DNA from: Terriglobia bacterium
Lineage (GTDB): Bacteria; Acidobacteriota; Terriglobia; JAJPHL01; JAPKYU01
Direction: 5' to 3'
Assembly (NCBI GenBank): GCA_965223005.1
Contig: CBDCVK010000008.1
Coordinates: forward strand, 96,001-160,000
Length of the DNA stretch: 64,000 nucleotides
A model generated the notes under the pieces. That model was given only the letters and a program-made list of their open reading frames with translations. It was not told where the DNA came from and did no database searches. The position numbers were made by a program, and so were the translations under genes. Positions 1 through 10,744 of the stretch are shown piece by piece; positions within the stretch are counted from its first letter, which is position 1, and each line of letters begins with the position of its first letter.

Positions 1-1
1 T

Positions 2-544
2 TCGCCGGACGTGATCCGATCCCTGGCCGAGGATAAGGGGTGGGCATTCTCTCCGGAGCGAATCGAAGAGCTGGCGCAGCGCCGACGGCAGCTCTTCTAC
101 CAAGTCTACCAGCACCGGGTCTTTACCGAAGTGCCGGAGATACTGACCTGGCTCAGCCAGGCGGGATACCGCCTGGCTGTCGTATCTGCAGCCACGCAGA
201 AAAGCCTCGACGTTTGCTTGAACCAGTATCCCGCGGGCCCGGACGGAAGAGGTCTGGGGCAGTGGTTCCCGTTGGTCATCAGCGGAACCATGGTGGAGCG
301 CGGCAAGCCCTTCCCCGACCCTTACCTGAAAGCCCTAGAGGAACTGGGAGTGAAAGGGACCCAGGTGCTGGTGGTGGAGAATGCTCCGGCTGGGGTCACC
401 GCGGCGTTGGCAGCCGGATGCCATTGCGTGGCCTTAGAGACGACGCTGCCTCGAAGTCATCTTGAGGGCGCGCACTGGGTCCTACCTGATCATGCGGCTC
501 TGCTCCAAATGCTGCGGGATTCGCCTGACCCAACTGGCGTCTAG
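2..544 (+). CDS. HAD-superfamily phosphatase (beta-phosphoglucomutase-like), 5'-truncated by the window edge
   Basis: Motifs II-IV are visible (AVVSA, GKPFPDPY, LVVEN..GVTAA.AAG). The N-terminal DxD motif is absent and the frame is open to the window start. Confidence 0.8.
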   Translation, partial: SPDVIRSLAEDKGWAFSPERIEELAQRRRQLFYQVYQHRVFTEVPEILTWLSQAGYRLAVVSAATQKSLDVCLNQYPAGPDGRGLGQWFPLVISGTMVERGKPFPDPYLKALEELGVKGTQVLVVENAPAGVTAALAAGCHCVALETTLPRSHLEGAHWVLPDHAALLQMLRDSPDPTGV

Positions 545-546
545 CA

Positions 547-1932
547 CTAGCGGCGGCGCCCCTTGCGGCGGCTCCGTTTCAGCTTGAATCGGATCTGTTC
601 CATCCCGTCATCGTGCACCACCACGTACCGCGTCTGGCGGTTGAATCCGGCACGATCAACGGTGACCCGGTACCTGCCGGGAGTAAGACCGATATTGGCC
701 GGGGAACGGTGAGCAGTGGCTCTTCCGTTCAGATAGATCTTCGCCCCCTTGGGACGAGTGTGGATCACCAGCCGCCCGACCGCCGCTGGGGCCGCCGCAC
801 GACCTGACCGTGGCTGTGGGCGCGCCGGCGGCGTTGCTCTTTCCAACTGAGTGGCTGCGGGCGCCTGGGCTGGGGCTGAGTCCGCGGGGCTGCGCATCCG
901 CCAGATGGCTCCGGCGGCCAGGGCCAGCACTATGGCAGCCCCCACTGCCAGCAACGCTTTCTTTCGCCGCCACCATCTTGTTCGCAACCATGCTGCGCCA
1001 AGGACCCGTGGCGCTGCTTCAGGTTGCACGCCGGCCTGGAGAAGCATCGTCTTCTCTGCAGAGGCATCAACTCCGCCTGCGGCAGCCGGAGCAAGCACGG
1101 TCGCCTTAGCCCCTGCGCCTTGCTTTGGCGCCCCCGCGGCATGACCTTTTAGGTCGGCGACCAGCTCAGCGCAATTCTGGTAGCGCTCAGCCGGATCCTT
1201 GGCCAGCGTCTTCAGCACCACGTGGTCCAAGCCCGGGTGCAGTGTGGGATTCAACTCGGTCGGCGCCTGTGGTTGCTCCCCAACGATCTGGTAGATGACG
1301 GTGGTAATGTTTTCGCCGGCGAAGGGCTTGGTCCAGGCCAGCATCTCGTAGAGAACCACGCCCAGCGAGAAGATGTCGGAGCGTCCGTCCAAAGCTCCGC
1401 CCTTCACCAGCTCCGGCGACATGTAGGACGGGGTGCCCAGCGCCTGGCCGGTGCGGGTCATGCCCATGTTGACGATCTTGGCCACGCCGAAGTCCATCAC
1501 CTTGACGTGGCTGCCCGTGACCATGATGTTGGCCGGCTTGATGTCGCGATGGATGATCTGGCGGGAATGGGCGTGGTCCAGCGCCGCGCCTACTTGCTCC
1601 ACAATGGGAATGGCCTGCTCCACTGGCACCGGAGTGCGACCTATGATGCGCTGCAGGGTTTCCCCCTCCACCAGCTCCATGGCGATGTAGAACAGCCCCT
1701 GGTCTTCGCCGGCATCGTAGATGGTGACAATGTTGGGATGCGACAGGATGCCAGCCGCCTGGGCCTCGCGCCGGAAGCGCTTCACCAATTCCGGGTCCGC
1801 GGCCTCCAGCGAGATGGTCTTGATTGCGACCGGGCGGCCGATGGTGGGGTCAAAGCCACGGTACACGACTCCCATTGCGCCCCGGCCCAACTCTTCTTGA
1901 ATCTGGTAGCGTCCGACTTTGGTCAAAGGCAT
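547..1932 (-). CDS. Hanks-type Ser/Thr protein kinase with a TM helix and C-terminal PEGA domain
   Basis: LGRGAMGVVY, VAIK, HRDIKPANI, DFG and GTPSYMSPE motifs; hydrophobic LLAVGAAIVLALAAGAIW; PEGA-like LVIHTRPKGAKIYLNG. Start trimmed to MPLTKVGRY (ATG 1932). Confidence 0.92.
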   Translation of the reverse strand: MPLTKVGRYQIQEELGRGAMGVVYRGFDPTIGRPVAIKTISLEAADPELVKRFRREAQAAGILSHPNIVTIYDAGEDQGLFYIAMELVEGETLQRIIGRTPVPVEQAIPIVEQVGAALDHAHSRQIIHRDIKPANIMVTGSHVKVMDFGVAKIVNMGMTRTGQALGTPSYMSPELVKGGALDGRSDIFSLGVVLYEMLAWTKPFAGENITTVIYQIVGEQPQAPTELNPTLHPGLDHVVLKTLAKDPAERYQNCAELVADLKGHAAGAPKQGAGAKATVLAPAAAGGVDASAEKTMLLQAGVQPEAAPRVLGAAWLRTRWWRRKKALLAVGAAIVLALAAGAIWRMRSPADSAPAQAPAATQLERATPPARPQPRSGRAAAPAAVGRLVIHTRPKGAKIYLNGRATAHRSPANIGLTPGRYRVTVDRAGFNRQTRYVVVHDDGMEQIRFKLKRSRRKGRRR

Positions 1933-2124
1933 GGGAAGCCGGAATTCCGCTCTCTGCGCCTGTTCCCGGAGTGGGTGCGCGTGTTGTGGGCAGCAGGCGA
2001 AGTATAGCATGCAGGGTATAGCATGCCGGCGCCCGGCTGACCTACAGGCTGACTTATAATGGTTGCCTTTATAGTGGCTACCTTATAGTGAGGGCCATTC
2101 CACTATCGCGCGAGGCAAACGACG

Positions 2125-2535
2125 ATGTCCTACTGGTTCTTTCTCAGCGACCCAGAGGATTACCATTTCGACGCGCTGCTGCGGCGCAAGAGCGAAACGT
2201 GGGACGGGGTGTTTGGCACGGCGGCGCAGAGCTTTTTGGGGCAGGTCAAACGCGGCGATCGCATCCTGGGCTACCACACGGCGCCAGAAAAACAGGTGGT
2301 CGCCGTGCTGGAAGCTTTGAGCGACGCCTACCAGAATCCCGAGATTAAGGACAAGAAGAACTGGGTCGTGGACGTGAAGGGACTCGAGAAGCTGCCGCGC
2401 CCCGTTCCGCTGGCGGAACTGAAGGCCAACAGGAAGCTGGCCCAGATGAAGTTGTTCAAGCTGATGCGCCCGATTGCCGTCTCACCGCTCTCCGAAGCCG
2501 AGTTCAACGAAATCCGCCGCATGAGCGGCCTGTGA
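2125..2535 (+). CDS. EVE domain-containing protein
   Basis: YW..SDP..Y.FD.L, WDGV, GD.ILGYHT and PVPLAELK match the EVE (PUA-like) pattern. Confidence 0.85.
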   Translation: MSYWFFLSDPEDYHFDALLRRKSETWDGVFGTAAQSFLGQVKRGDRILGYHTAPEKQVVAVLEALSDAYQNPEIKDKKNWVVDVKGLEKLPRPVPLAELKANRKLAQMKLFKLMRPIAVSPLSEAEFNEIRRMSGL

Positions 2536-2649
2536 AAGCTCTGCGTTGCAGGTTCCAGGCCAGGTTCTGGGGTGCTGCTGAAAACGTGCAACCTGGTCAT
2601 TCCGAGCGAACAGAGCCGGGCCGCAGCATTCAGCAGCGAGACTTGTCGC

Positions 2650-3672
2650 TCAGTTCGCTCTTTTGACCAGTTCCACCCGCCGGTTCTTGGCGCGGCCCTC
2701 CTCCGTCTCGTTAGTTGCCACGGGCGCTACGGGTCCGACGCCCACCGCCTCAAGCCGAGAGGCGGCAATGCCGTATTTCTGCGACAGCACCGCCGCCACT
2801 GCCTTTGCCCGCGCGTCGGAAAGCTGCAGATTGTGCTCGTAGCTCCCGGTGCCGTCCGTGTGTCCGGTGACGAAAAAAGTCATGGCCGAATTGCTCTTCA
2901 GGTAATTCGCGATAATGGCGAGGGCCTCGCCGGATTCCGGTTTCACAACGGCCTTGCCGGTATCAAAGAAAATGCCATCTAAAACCATCTTCCCCTCGTT
3001 CGCTAGCGCCTGAGCCAGTTTGTCAAGGGTGATGGTTACCATGTCCGTCGCCATCTCGGCGCCCTCGACCGTATCAACGAAGAACACAACCCGGTCGGTG
3101 GCAAATCTGCGACGTCGATTGTCTGCATCCCTGTAACGGGATCCTGCTACCGTCACCGTGCCTATGCCAATGGCAACCCATATAGGCCGCCCCTTGTGCT
3201 CTCCTTCAGCGGCGATATACGCCATCTGAGAAAGTCCGTGAAAGTTATGATAGTGATCCTTCGGGATGAGCCGATCTGGCATCATCCCAATGAAGCTCCT
3301 TGCAAACCTGCGGTCGCAGCTCTGCTCCGGGCAGCCATAGAGGATTTTCAGGCCGCTGTTCTGAACCGCCCTTTCGAAGTTGCGATAAACCGCCAGAACC
3401 GAGGGGCCTTCCGGAGCGACATAAGATCGCCGAGTGACTTCACCCTCGACCGTCCGCGAAGACTCGAAACCTCGTTTGGCCCGAGTCCAGTTTCCGAGTG
3501 GAAGCAGGTAAGCGTCATACTCCTGCTGATCATAGAAGAGCAACGCAGAACCTTTGTAGCGCGTGATTGCCGCGTGATCGGCTGATCCGGCCGCGTCAGC
3601 CTGCTGTCCTAACGTGGCTACAGGCAGTACGCAGCATAATGTTGCCATTGCCAAGATGATCCGGATGTACAT
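2650..3672 (-). CDS. OmpA-family protein (DUF4892-like N-terminal domain plus OmpA C-terminal domain)
   Basis: Signal peptide MYIRIILAMA after a GGGAG RBS; GIFFDTGKA, GHTD..GS..HN..LS..RA..V and GRAKNRRVELV. Confidence 0.88.
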   Translation of the reverse strand: MYIRIILAMATLCCVLPVATLGQQADAAGSADHAAITRYKGSALLFYDQQEYDAYLLPLGNWTRAKRGFESSRTVEGEVTRRSYVAPEGPSVLAVYRNFERAVQNSGLKILYGCPEQSCDRRFARSFIGMMPDRLIPKDHYHNFHGLSQMAYIAAEGEHKGRPIWVAIGIGTVTVAGSRYRDADNRRRRFATDRVVFFVDTVEGAEMATDMVTITLDKLAQALANEGKMVLDGIFFDTGKAVVKPESGEALAIIANYLKSNSAMTFFVTGHTDGTGSYEHNLQLSDARAKAVAAVLSQKYGIAASRLEAVGVGPVAPVATNETEEGRAKNRRVELVKRAN

Positions 3673-4005
3673 GCTCCCTTGTTCCTTTCGTCTGTGATTT
3701 CTCTTAAGGCACTGAGCCTTGCTAAACCCGCTTTGCTCATCCGGGCTTTTCGTTTTGGTCTCGTTCGTAACGGGAGGATATCCAAAGTGCCGGTTCCCAC
3801 TCAACGGTTTTTATCCTCCTCTGCTGACCGAGCCTGATCCAATAGGGAAATCCATAAACATCAATCCCGGTTTCAGTTGGGCGAATAGTCGGCTTCCCGG
3901 AAACTGACCCACTACCACGGTCCGGCGCGGCTTGCCTGCCTCTGCCCCCTGTGTTAGGTTTCTCGCTTATCCTGTTCTCGGCGAATTTCACCAGCGAGGA
4001 GATCG

Positions 4006-4530
4006 ATGGTCCGCAGCTTCCGCGGGGCGCTGCCGCGCATCGCCCACAACGCCTACATTGACGAGAGCGCGCAGGTGATCGGCGACGTGGAGATTGGCGA
4101 ACGGTCCAGCGTCTGGATGGGCACGGTGGTTCGAGGCGACGTGAACTATATCCGTATCGGCGCCGAAACCAACCTCCAGGATAACTCGGTGTTGCACGTG
4201 ATGAGGGACCTCCACCCGCTGCTCGTAGGCGACCGGGTTACCGTCGGCCACAGCGTTACCCTGCATGGCTGTAGGATCGAATCCGATTGCCTGATTGCGA
4301 TGGGCGCCATCGTGTTGAACGGGGCGGAGGTTGGCTCGGGCTCGATCATCGGCGCCGGCGCCGTGGTGACGGAAGGCACCGTCGTGCCGCCCAACAGCCT
4401 TTTCCTGAGCACCCCGGCCAGGTTCAAGCGTCAGTTGGGTCCGGAAGATCTCATTGTGATTCGCCGCCACGCATCGAACTACGTTGAGAATGCCGCGACC
4501 TATCTGGCGGAACAAAGCGGCAGGAAGTAG
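4006..4530 (+). CDS. Gamma carbonic anhydrase family (hexapeptide repeat) protein
   Basis: VIGDVEIG, VRGDVNYIRIG, NLQDNSVLH and TVGHSVTLHGC (three Zn-ligand His); AGGAG RBS. Confidence 0.92.
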   Translation: MVRSFRGALPRIAHNAYIDESAQVIGDVEIGERSSVWMGTVVRGDVNYIRIGAETNLQDNSVLHVMRDLHPLLVGDRVTVGHSVTLHGCRIESDCLIAMGAIVLNGAEVGSGSIIGAGAVVTEGTVVPPNSLFLSTPARFKRQLGPEDLIVIRRHASNYVENAATYLAEQSGRK

Positions 4531-4557
4531 CACGCGGGGAAAGACCCCAGACCTCTC

Positions 4558-5919
4558 ATGATCCGCGCCATCAAAGGCACCCGGGACATCCTGCCGCCCG
4601 AAACCGCGCTCTGGAACCGGTTGGAGGCGCTGGCCCGCGAGCTGTTTACCAGCTACAACTACGGGGAGATCCGCACTCCCCTGTTCGAAGAGACGCAGTT
4701 GTTTGCCCGCAGCGTGGGCGAGGAGACCGACATCGTTCGCAAAGAGATGTATACGTTCGAGGACCGCGACGGTGGCTCGCTGACGCTGCGCCCGGAAGCC
4801 ACCGCGTCGGTCGTCCGCGCCTACATCGAGCACCGCATGTGGCAGCGCCCCGGATTGACCAAGCTCTACTACATGGGGCCGATGTTCCGGCGGGAGCGGC
4901 CGCAAAAAGGCCGCTACCGGCAGTTCTCGCAGATCGGCGCCGAAGCCATTGGCTCGGAGAGCCCGGCGGTGGATGCCGAGATGCTGGAGATGCTGGTGGA
5001 ACTGCTGGAACGCGCCGGACTCAAGGACTACGAGTTGCGACTGAACTCGATCGGCGACGAGAACTGCCGCCCCGCTTACCTGGAGCGCCTGCGGCAGGAA
5101 CTGGCGGCGGTGCGCGGCCAAATGTGTGGCGACTGCCAGCGCCGCGCCGTCACCAACCCCTTGCGTGTGCTGGACTGCAAGGTGCCTGCCGATCAGCCCA
5201 TCATTGAGAAGCTGCCGGCGGTCGCGGACTCGCTCTGCAACCCCTGCCGCGAGCACTTCCAAGCCCTCCAGCAAGCTCTAGAGGATCGCCGGGTGGCATA
5301 CACTGTCGTCCCGCGCATGGTGCGCGGTCTGGACTACTACACCCGCACCACTTTTGAGTTTGTGCATCGCGGCCTGGGTGCCCAAGACGCGGTGCTAGGC
5401 GGCGGCCGCTACGATGGCCTCTCGGAGGCGCTGGGTGGACCGAAAGGGCCGGGGATTGGTTTCTCCATCGGCGAGGACCGGTTTGTGCTGGCCCTGGCGG
5501 CTTCAGGGGTGCAGATGCCGGGTCCAGCACTCGACGTGTACGTGGCCTGGATTTCAGAGCCTAGGGCCGCTACTGCTTCAGCGGGCCCGGGTGGGCCCGC
5601 CTATCGCCACGCGGCCGAGCTCGTTCGCGAACTGCGGACGCGCGGGCTGGTCGTCGAGTTGCAACCGGAAGCCTTGAAGCTGCGCCGCGCGTTAGAGTTG
5701 GCCAGCAAGCAGAAGGCGCGGTTCGCGCTGATCGTGGGGGAAGACGAAATCCGGCAAGGTCGGTATCCACTGAGGGATCTGGCCCGGGGCGAACAGCGGG
5801 AGCTGAGCAAAGCTGAGCTACTCAAGGAACTGGCGCCGCCGGGGCGCTCCCGCGAGACGGCCGAGCCTGCCAGTGCCAGCCCGGCGGCTCGCGGGATGGA
5901 CCGCGGCATGGACCAATGA
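4558..5919 (+). CDS. hisS: Histidine--tRNA ligase
   Basis: [36 protein letters not shown] and GGGRYDGL motifs. Confidence 0.98.
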   Translation: MIRAIKGTRDILPPETALWNRLEALARELFTSYNYGEIRTPLFEETQLFARSVGEETDIVRKEMYTFEDRDGGSLTLRPEATASVVRAYIEHRMWQRPGLTKLYYMGPMFRRERPQKGRYRQFSQIGAEAIGSESPAVDAEMLEMLVELLERAGLKDYELRLNSIGDENCRPAYLERLRQELAAVRGQMCGDCQRRAVTNPLRVLDCKVPADQPIIEKLPAVADSLCNPCREHFQALQQALEDRRVAYTVVPRMVRGLDYYTRTTFEFVHRGLGAQDAVLGGGRYDGLSEALGGPKGPGIGFSIGEDRFVLALAASGVQMPGPALDVYVAWISEPRAATASAGPGGPAYRHAAELVRELRTRGLVVELQPEALKLRRALELASKQKARFALIVGEDEIRQGRYPLRDLARGEQRELSKAELLKELAPPGRSRETAEPASASPAARGMDRGMDQ

Positions 5920-7760
5920 AACTCGACTTCCTGGGCGACCTGTGCCGCACCCACATGTGCGGCGAGCTGCGCTCAGAACACGCCGGGCAAACGGCGGTGC
6001 TGACGGGCTGGGTGGCGCGACAGCGCGACCTGGGCAGCTTGATCTTCATTGACTTGCGCGACCGCGCCGGCGTCACCCAGGTCGTTTTCAACCGGGATCT
6101 TCTTCCCCAGGTCCACGAGCGCGCCAGCAGGCTGGGCCGGGAGTTTGTCGTGGGAGTGCGCGGGCAGGTGGTCGAGCGCGACCCGAAAACCGTCAACCCG
6201 GAACTGGCCACCGGGGCCGTTGAACTGGTTGCCGAGCAGCTCTTCGTGCTGAATGATGCCCGCACGCCGCCTTTCCCCATCGAAGACAACACCACCGTTC
6301 AGGAGGACACCCGGCTGCGCTACCGCTTCCTCGACCTGCGGCGACCGGGCATGCAAGCGAAGCTCGCGTTGCGCCACCGCATCTGCTTTGAGATTCGCCG
6401 GTACATGACGGAGCAGGGCTTTTTCGAGATCGAAACTCCGTTCCTGACGCGCTCCACTCCCGAGGGGGCGCGCGACTACCTGGTGCCCAGCCGCATCCAG
6501 CCCGGCTCTTTCTACGCGCTGCCGCAGTCGCCCCAGTTGTTCAAGCAAATCTTGATGATCGCCGGCCTGGACCGCTACTTCCAGATCGTGCGTTGCTTCC
6601 GCGACGAGGACCTACGCGCCGACCGCCAGCCCGAGTTCACCCAACTGGACATCGAGATGGCCTTTACGCAGCAGGACCGGCTCTTCGATCTGGTCGAGCC
6701 ACTGATGCTGCGCCTGGCCGCGCTGGCCGGAGTGGAAGCACCCAGGCCGTTCCCGCGCCTGACTTACGACGAGGCCATCCGACTCTACGGAAGCGACAAG
6801 CCTGACCTGCGCCTGCCGCCGCTCGTGCGCGTCAACCAGCTGTTCGCCCCGGAGGAGACCGCCAAACTGCGCTTTGACCCGGAATTACCCCTGGTGGCCT
6901 TCCGCGTGCCCCAATGCGCCGGCCTATCGCGAAAGGAACGGGAGGAGATTGACCAGTTCATCGCTGAGCGGAACGCACGCGGCTTTGCAGATCTCCGCCT
7001 GTCAGGTGACGGGCTGGAGGGCTCGCTGGCCCGGAGCTTGCCGGAAACGGCGCGCCGTGTTGCCGGCGCCGTGGCCGCTGAGGTCGGGGACCTGATCCCG
7101 CTCATGGCCGCGCCGCTGGGCCCGGAGTCACGTCACGAGCAGATTCCTCCGACGGGTCCGGCCGTGACCCCGCACGACACGCCGATTTTTAACGCTGCCG
7201 GCGCCCTGCGCCTGCACTTGGGACAAAAGTACAACGACCGCCACCGGCTGCTGAAGCCCCTCGACTTCCGCTTCCTGTGGGTCACGGACTTTCCCATGTT
7301 TGAATGGAGCGAGCAGGATCGGCGCTGGGTGGCCGCGCATCACCCCTTTACCTCGCCCCACGAGGAAGACCTGGGCCGGCTGGAAAGCGCTCCAGGCGCA
7401 GTGCGCTCCCGCGCCTATGACCTGGTGCTGAATGGGACTGAAGTGGGCTCTGGCTCCATCCGAATTCACCGGCGCGACGTGCAATCACAAGTGTTTCGCG
7501 CCTTGGGCTTCAGTGAGGAAGAAGCGCGCGCCCGATTCGGCTTTTTTCTGGAAGCTCTCGAGTACGGGACGCCGCCCCACGGTGGCATGGCGCTGGGACT
7601 GGATCGGCTGGTGATGCTATTGGCAGGGGAGACCTCGATCCGCGAGGTGATTGCTTTCCCCAAAACGGCGCGCGCCGTGGACTTGATGGTGGACGCGCCC
7701 ACGCCCATCAGCGACGCACAGCTCCGCGAGCTGGGCCTCCAGATCCGCAAGAAAGATTGA
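5916..7760 (+). CDS. aspS: Aspartate--tRNA ligase
   Basis: [52 protein letters not shown] and [12 protein letters not shown]; ATGA overlap with hisS. Confidence 0.98.
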   Translation: MKLDFLGDLCRTHMCGELRSEHAGQTAVLTGWVARQRDLGSLIFIDLRDRAGVTQVVFNRDLLPQVHERASRLGREFVVGVRGQVVERDPKTVNPELATGAVELVAEQLFVLNDARTPPFPIEDNTTVQEDTRLRYRFLDLRRPGMQAKLALRHRICFEIRRYMTEQGFFEIETPFLTRSTPEGARDYLVPSRIQPGSFYALPQSPQLFKQILMIAGLDRYFQIVRCFRDEDLRADRQPEFTQLDIEMAFTQQDRLFDLVEPLMLRLAALAGVEAPRPFPRLTYDEAIRLYGSDKPDLRLPPLVRVNQLFAPEETAKLRFDPELPLVAFRVPQCAGLSRKEREEIDQFIAERNARGFADLRLSGDGLEGSLARSLPETARRVAGAVAAEVGDLIPLMAAPLGPESRHEQIPPTGPAVTPHDTPIFNAAGALRLHLGQKYNDRHRLLKPLDFRFLWVTDFPMFEWSEQDRRWVAAHHPFTSPHEEDLGRLESAPGAVRSRAYDLVLNGTEVGSGSIRIHRRDVQSQVFRALGFSEEEARARFGFFLEALEYGTPPHGGMALGLDRLVMLLAGETSIREVIAFPKTARAVDLMVDAPTPISDAQLRELGLQIRKKD

Positions 7761-7784
7761 AGTTGACAATCGGAAGATTCAAAC

Positions 7785-8087
7785 ATGTCCGTTTACGTAA
7801 TCGTCACCTATGACATCGTCGACCCCAAGGGCTATGAGAGCTACGTCCCCGGCGTCATGCCGCTGCTTCAGAAGCACGGTGCTGAAATTCTGGTCGCTGA
7901 CTTTGAAGCTGAACCTCTGGAAGGACGGGCTCCAGGGGTGAATGTGGTTTTGAAGTTCGATTCGGAGAAGGCGGCTCGCAACTGGTATAACGATGCGGAC
8001 TATGGCCCGGTGAAACAGGTCCGGCTTAGTTCGACGAAAAACGGATCAATTGTATTGGCAAAGCAATTCGTGGCGCCTTCGACGTAG
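7785..8087 (+). CDS. DUF1330 domain-containing protein
   Basis: 100-aa pattern YVI..I.DP..Y..Y...LEG..VV.F.S..A..WY.DY...R typical of DUF1330. Confidence 0.8.
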   Translation: MSVYVIVTYDIVDPKGYESYVPGVMPLLQKHGAEILVADFEAEPLEGRAPGVNVVLKFDSEKAARNWYNDADYGPVKQVRLSSTKNGSIVLAKQFVAPST

Positions 8088-8270
8088 TATGAGCGTCAGT
8101 AAATGGGTAGCCACGGCACGATGATCGTACCGTCGGCGGTTTACTAGGGCGGGGCTTGAGGATCGCGACGAGCCGGTCGGCACGAGTTGAGGCCTTTGGG
8201 AGAGGGTCTCGGATTTTACGATCAAGAATGAATTGGTCCTGGCTTTCTGCCCCTTGTGGGCTCGTCGAGA

Positions 8271-8894
8271 TTAGCCGTTGTTGCCGCGCTGGACCAGGGC
8301 CAGGAACTCGTCCCGGGTCTGCTTCTGTGCCCGGAACGAGCCGAGCATGGCGCTGGTGACGGCCTGGGAATGCTGCTTTTCCACGCCGCGCATCATCATG
8401 CAGAGGTGGCGTGCTTCCATCACCACACCCACCCCTCGCGGCTGGATTTTTTCCTCGATGGCCTGCGCAATCTGCAAGGTAAGCCGCTCCTGAATTTGGA
8501 GACGCTGGGCAAAAATATCTACCAGGCGGGGGATCTTGCTCAGCCCGATCACCTTCTGGTTCGGGATGTAGGCCACATGGGCCTTGCCAAAGAAAGGCAG
8601 CAGGTGGTGTTCGCACAGGCTGAACACCTCGATGTCCTTCACGATGACCATTTCGTCGTACGTGACGCTATACAGCGCTCCGTTCAGCGTATCCTCCAGG
8701 CTGTTCCGGTAGCCCTGGGTGAGGAAGCGCAGCGCCTGCTCGACGCGTCTGGGTGTGTCTTGCAGGCCATCCCGCTCCGGGTCTTCTCCCAGCCGGATCA
8801 GCAGTTCGCGAACCAAGTCCTGCAACGGCTGAGTGTCGGGAGTGGCCACGGTAGCCGAGCTCCCGGCCGGTGTTTTCGCTGCGGAGTTCGTCAT
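8271..8894 (-). CDS. folE: GTP cyclohydrolase I
   Basis: [44 protein letters not shown] and HLCMMMRG. Confidence 0.97.
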   Translation of the reverse strand: MTNSAAKTPAGSSATVATPDTQPLQDLVRELLIRLGEDPERDGLQDTPRRVEQALRFLTQGYRNSLEDTLNGALYSVTYDEMVIVKDIEVFSLCEHHLLPFFGKAHVAYIPNQKVIGLSKIPRLVDIFAQRLQIQERLTLQIAQAIEEKIQPRGVGVVMEARHLCMMMRGVEKQHSQAVTSAMLGSFRAQKQTRDEFLALVQRGNNG

Positions 8895-9045
8895 GGATGT
8901 CTCATTTCGCCGCCCCGTCCCTGGGCGTCCCGGCTGCAGCGACCACTGCAGCCCAGTTCCTTCCTTCCTGTTGTAAACTGAGTGGGGACTCCAAGCTTAT
9001 CATTATATACCGCCCGCAGGTCGGGCAGGGCGCATTCGACGGGAC

Positions 9046-9573
9046 ATGATTTCTTTGCAGCCCCAAACTGTGGCACGCGCACTCCTGGTAGTGTTGGTCG
9101 TCGCGTTTGTCTTCGCCATCCTGAATCCCGGCGATGCTCCGCCGGCAGTCGGAGAAGTTGCACCGGACTTCGAGCTGTCGGACCTCCAAGGGCAAGCGGT
9201 TCGGCTCTCGAAGTACCGGGGCAAGGTGGTGGTGTTGAATTTCTGGGCCACCTGGTGTCCTCCGTGTGTCGAGGAGATGCCTTCGCTCAACCGCTTCGCG
9301 CGGATTTTTGCTTCCCGCGGAGTGGTGGTGGTGGCGGTCAGCGTGGACGATGATGAGCAAGCCCTGCGTCGGTTCACGGCCGACCATCAACTCGAGATGA
9401 TCATCCTGCGCGACCCCGGCCGCCAGGTCGCCACCCTTTACCAGACCTATATGTACCCGGAAACCTACATCCTGGACCGGCAGGGGCGGCTGTTGCGGAA
9501 ACTGGTTGGCCCCGCCGACTGGGGTGATCCCAACCTGCTCGTGTTCTTCCGGGAACTGACCACCGGAGCGTGA
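9046..9573 (+). CDS. TlpA/ResA-type membrane-anchored thiol-disulfide reductase
   Basis: N-terminal TM; APDFELSDL.G, VVLNFWATWCPPC.EEMP and the cis-Pro motif YPETYILD. Confidence 0.9.
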   Translation: MISLQPQTVARALLVVLVVAFVFAILNPGDAPPAVGEVAPDFELSDLQGQAVRLSKYRGKVVVLNFWATWCPPCVEEMPSLNRFARIFASRGVVVVAVSVDDDEQALRRFTADHQLEMIILRDPGRQVATLYQTYMYPETYILDRQGRLLRKLVGPADWGDPNLLVFFRELTTGA

Positions 9574-9614
9574 TTGTCCAAAGCAGGCCGCGTCCTCTGG
9601 CTACAATCCCGCCG

Positions 9615-9836
9615 CTACTTTTTCTTTTCCGCGATCCACAGGCCGCGCGAGATTGCTCGGCCGCAGAACGGGCAATAATTGACCGCCATGTAAGAGACGC
9701 GGTCCGTCTCGGCGTTGCGTAGGAAGTACTCCGAATCGATTTCATTGAGCACCCGCCCTCCCGGCAGCCGCTGGATCGAGCCGTGTGCCAGGAATTCGCG
9801 GTCCAAGGCGTCCTCCATCTCCGTACAGCAGGTCAT
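9615..9836 (-). CDS. Small Cys-rich hypothetical protein (possible Zn-binding)
   Basis: 73 aa with N-terminal CC and C-terminal YCPFCG; fills the gap between convergent and divergent genes. Confidence 0.65.
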   Translation of the reverse strand: MTCCTEMEDALDREFLAHGSIQRLPGGRVLNEIDSEYFLRNAETDRVSYMAVNYCPFCGRAISRGLWIAEKKK

Positions 9837-9914
9837 GGCAACAGGTTATAGGAAATCCATGCTCGGTGCCAGGGTGCCTGAGCGCATGGCGCTATAATGC
9901 GAGGGGAGTCTTGA

Positions 9915-10709
9915 TTGGCCCGATCGCCCGAACCCTTTCTCAGCATCGTCATCCCGGCATACAACGAGGAAACCCGCTTGCCGCGCGCGCTGGAGTCCAT
10001 CGCCACCTATGCGGCCTCGAAAAGTTTTGCGTTGGAGGTGCTGGTGGTGGACGATGGCTCACGTGACGGCACTGCCGCTGCGGCAACCCGTGCGGCCGCG
10101 AACTGGCCGGCCGTCCGCTTGCTGCGCAACCCCGGCAACCGCGGCAAGGGCTACAGCGTGCGCCACGGAATGCTGGAAGCGGCCGGGCGGATTGCGCTAT
10201 TTACCGACGCCGACCTGGCCGCACCCATCGAGGAAGCTGACCGGCTGCTGGCGGTGCTCGAAGCCGGCCACGACGTCGCGATTGCCTCTCGCGCCCTGCG
10301 GCCCGAGCTGATCGCGGTGCACCAGTCCCGGATGCGCGAAACGGCGGGACGGATTTTTAATCTGCTCGTGCGGGCTTTTACCAGACTTCCTTTCCGGGAT
10401 ACCCAGTGCGGTTTCAAGTTGTTCCGGCGCGAGGCTGCGCGCGCCGTCTTCAGCCGCCAGCAGATTGACGGCTTTGGCTTCGACGTGGAAGTGCTCTACC
10501 TGGCCCGCAAGTTCGGATACCAGGTTGCGGAGGTGCCGGTTCGCTGGAGCCATGATCAAGACACCAAAGTTTCCATGTTCAGTGCCAGCGCGCGGATGTT
10601 TGCCGACCTGTGGTGCATTCGTTGGATGGACTTCCGGGGGAGATACAATCCCCTCCGTGAGGATGTAGTCTCCGGGGGGCCGCACCGGCCGGGCAGGGAG
10701 AAGCCTTGA
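9915..10709 (+). CDS. GT2 glycosyltransferase (dolichyl-phosphate beta-glucosyltransferase-like)
   Basis: LSIVIPAYNE, VVDDGS.DGT, NRGKG, FTDADL, DTQCGFKLF and FGFDVE; TTG start; TATAAT upstream at about 9893. Confidence 0.92.
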   Translation: MARSPEPFLSIVIPAYNEETRLPRALESIATYAASKSFALEVLVVDDGSRDGTAAAATRAAANWPAVRLLRNPGNRGKGYSVRHGMLEAAGRIALFTDADLAAPIEEADRLLAVLEAGHDVAIASRALRPELIAVHQSRMRETAGRIFNLLVRAFTRLPFRDTQCGFKLFRREAARAVFSRQQIDGFGFDVEVLYLARKFGYQVAEVPVRWSHDQDTKVSMFSASARMFADLWCIRWMDFRGRYNPLREDVVSGGPHRPGREKP

Positions 10710-10744
10710 ACCCCGAGTCAGTTGGCGAACGCAGGAAATCCAGG

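Noticed and set aside
3988-5274. 428-aa minus-strand ORF
   Set aside because: Antisense shadow of the gamma-CA and hisS genes, typical of high-GC DNA; no motifs.
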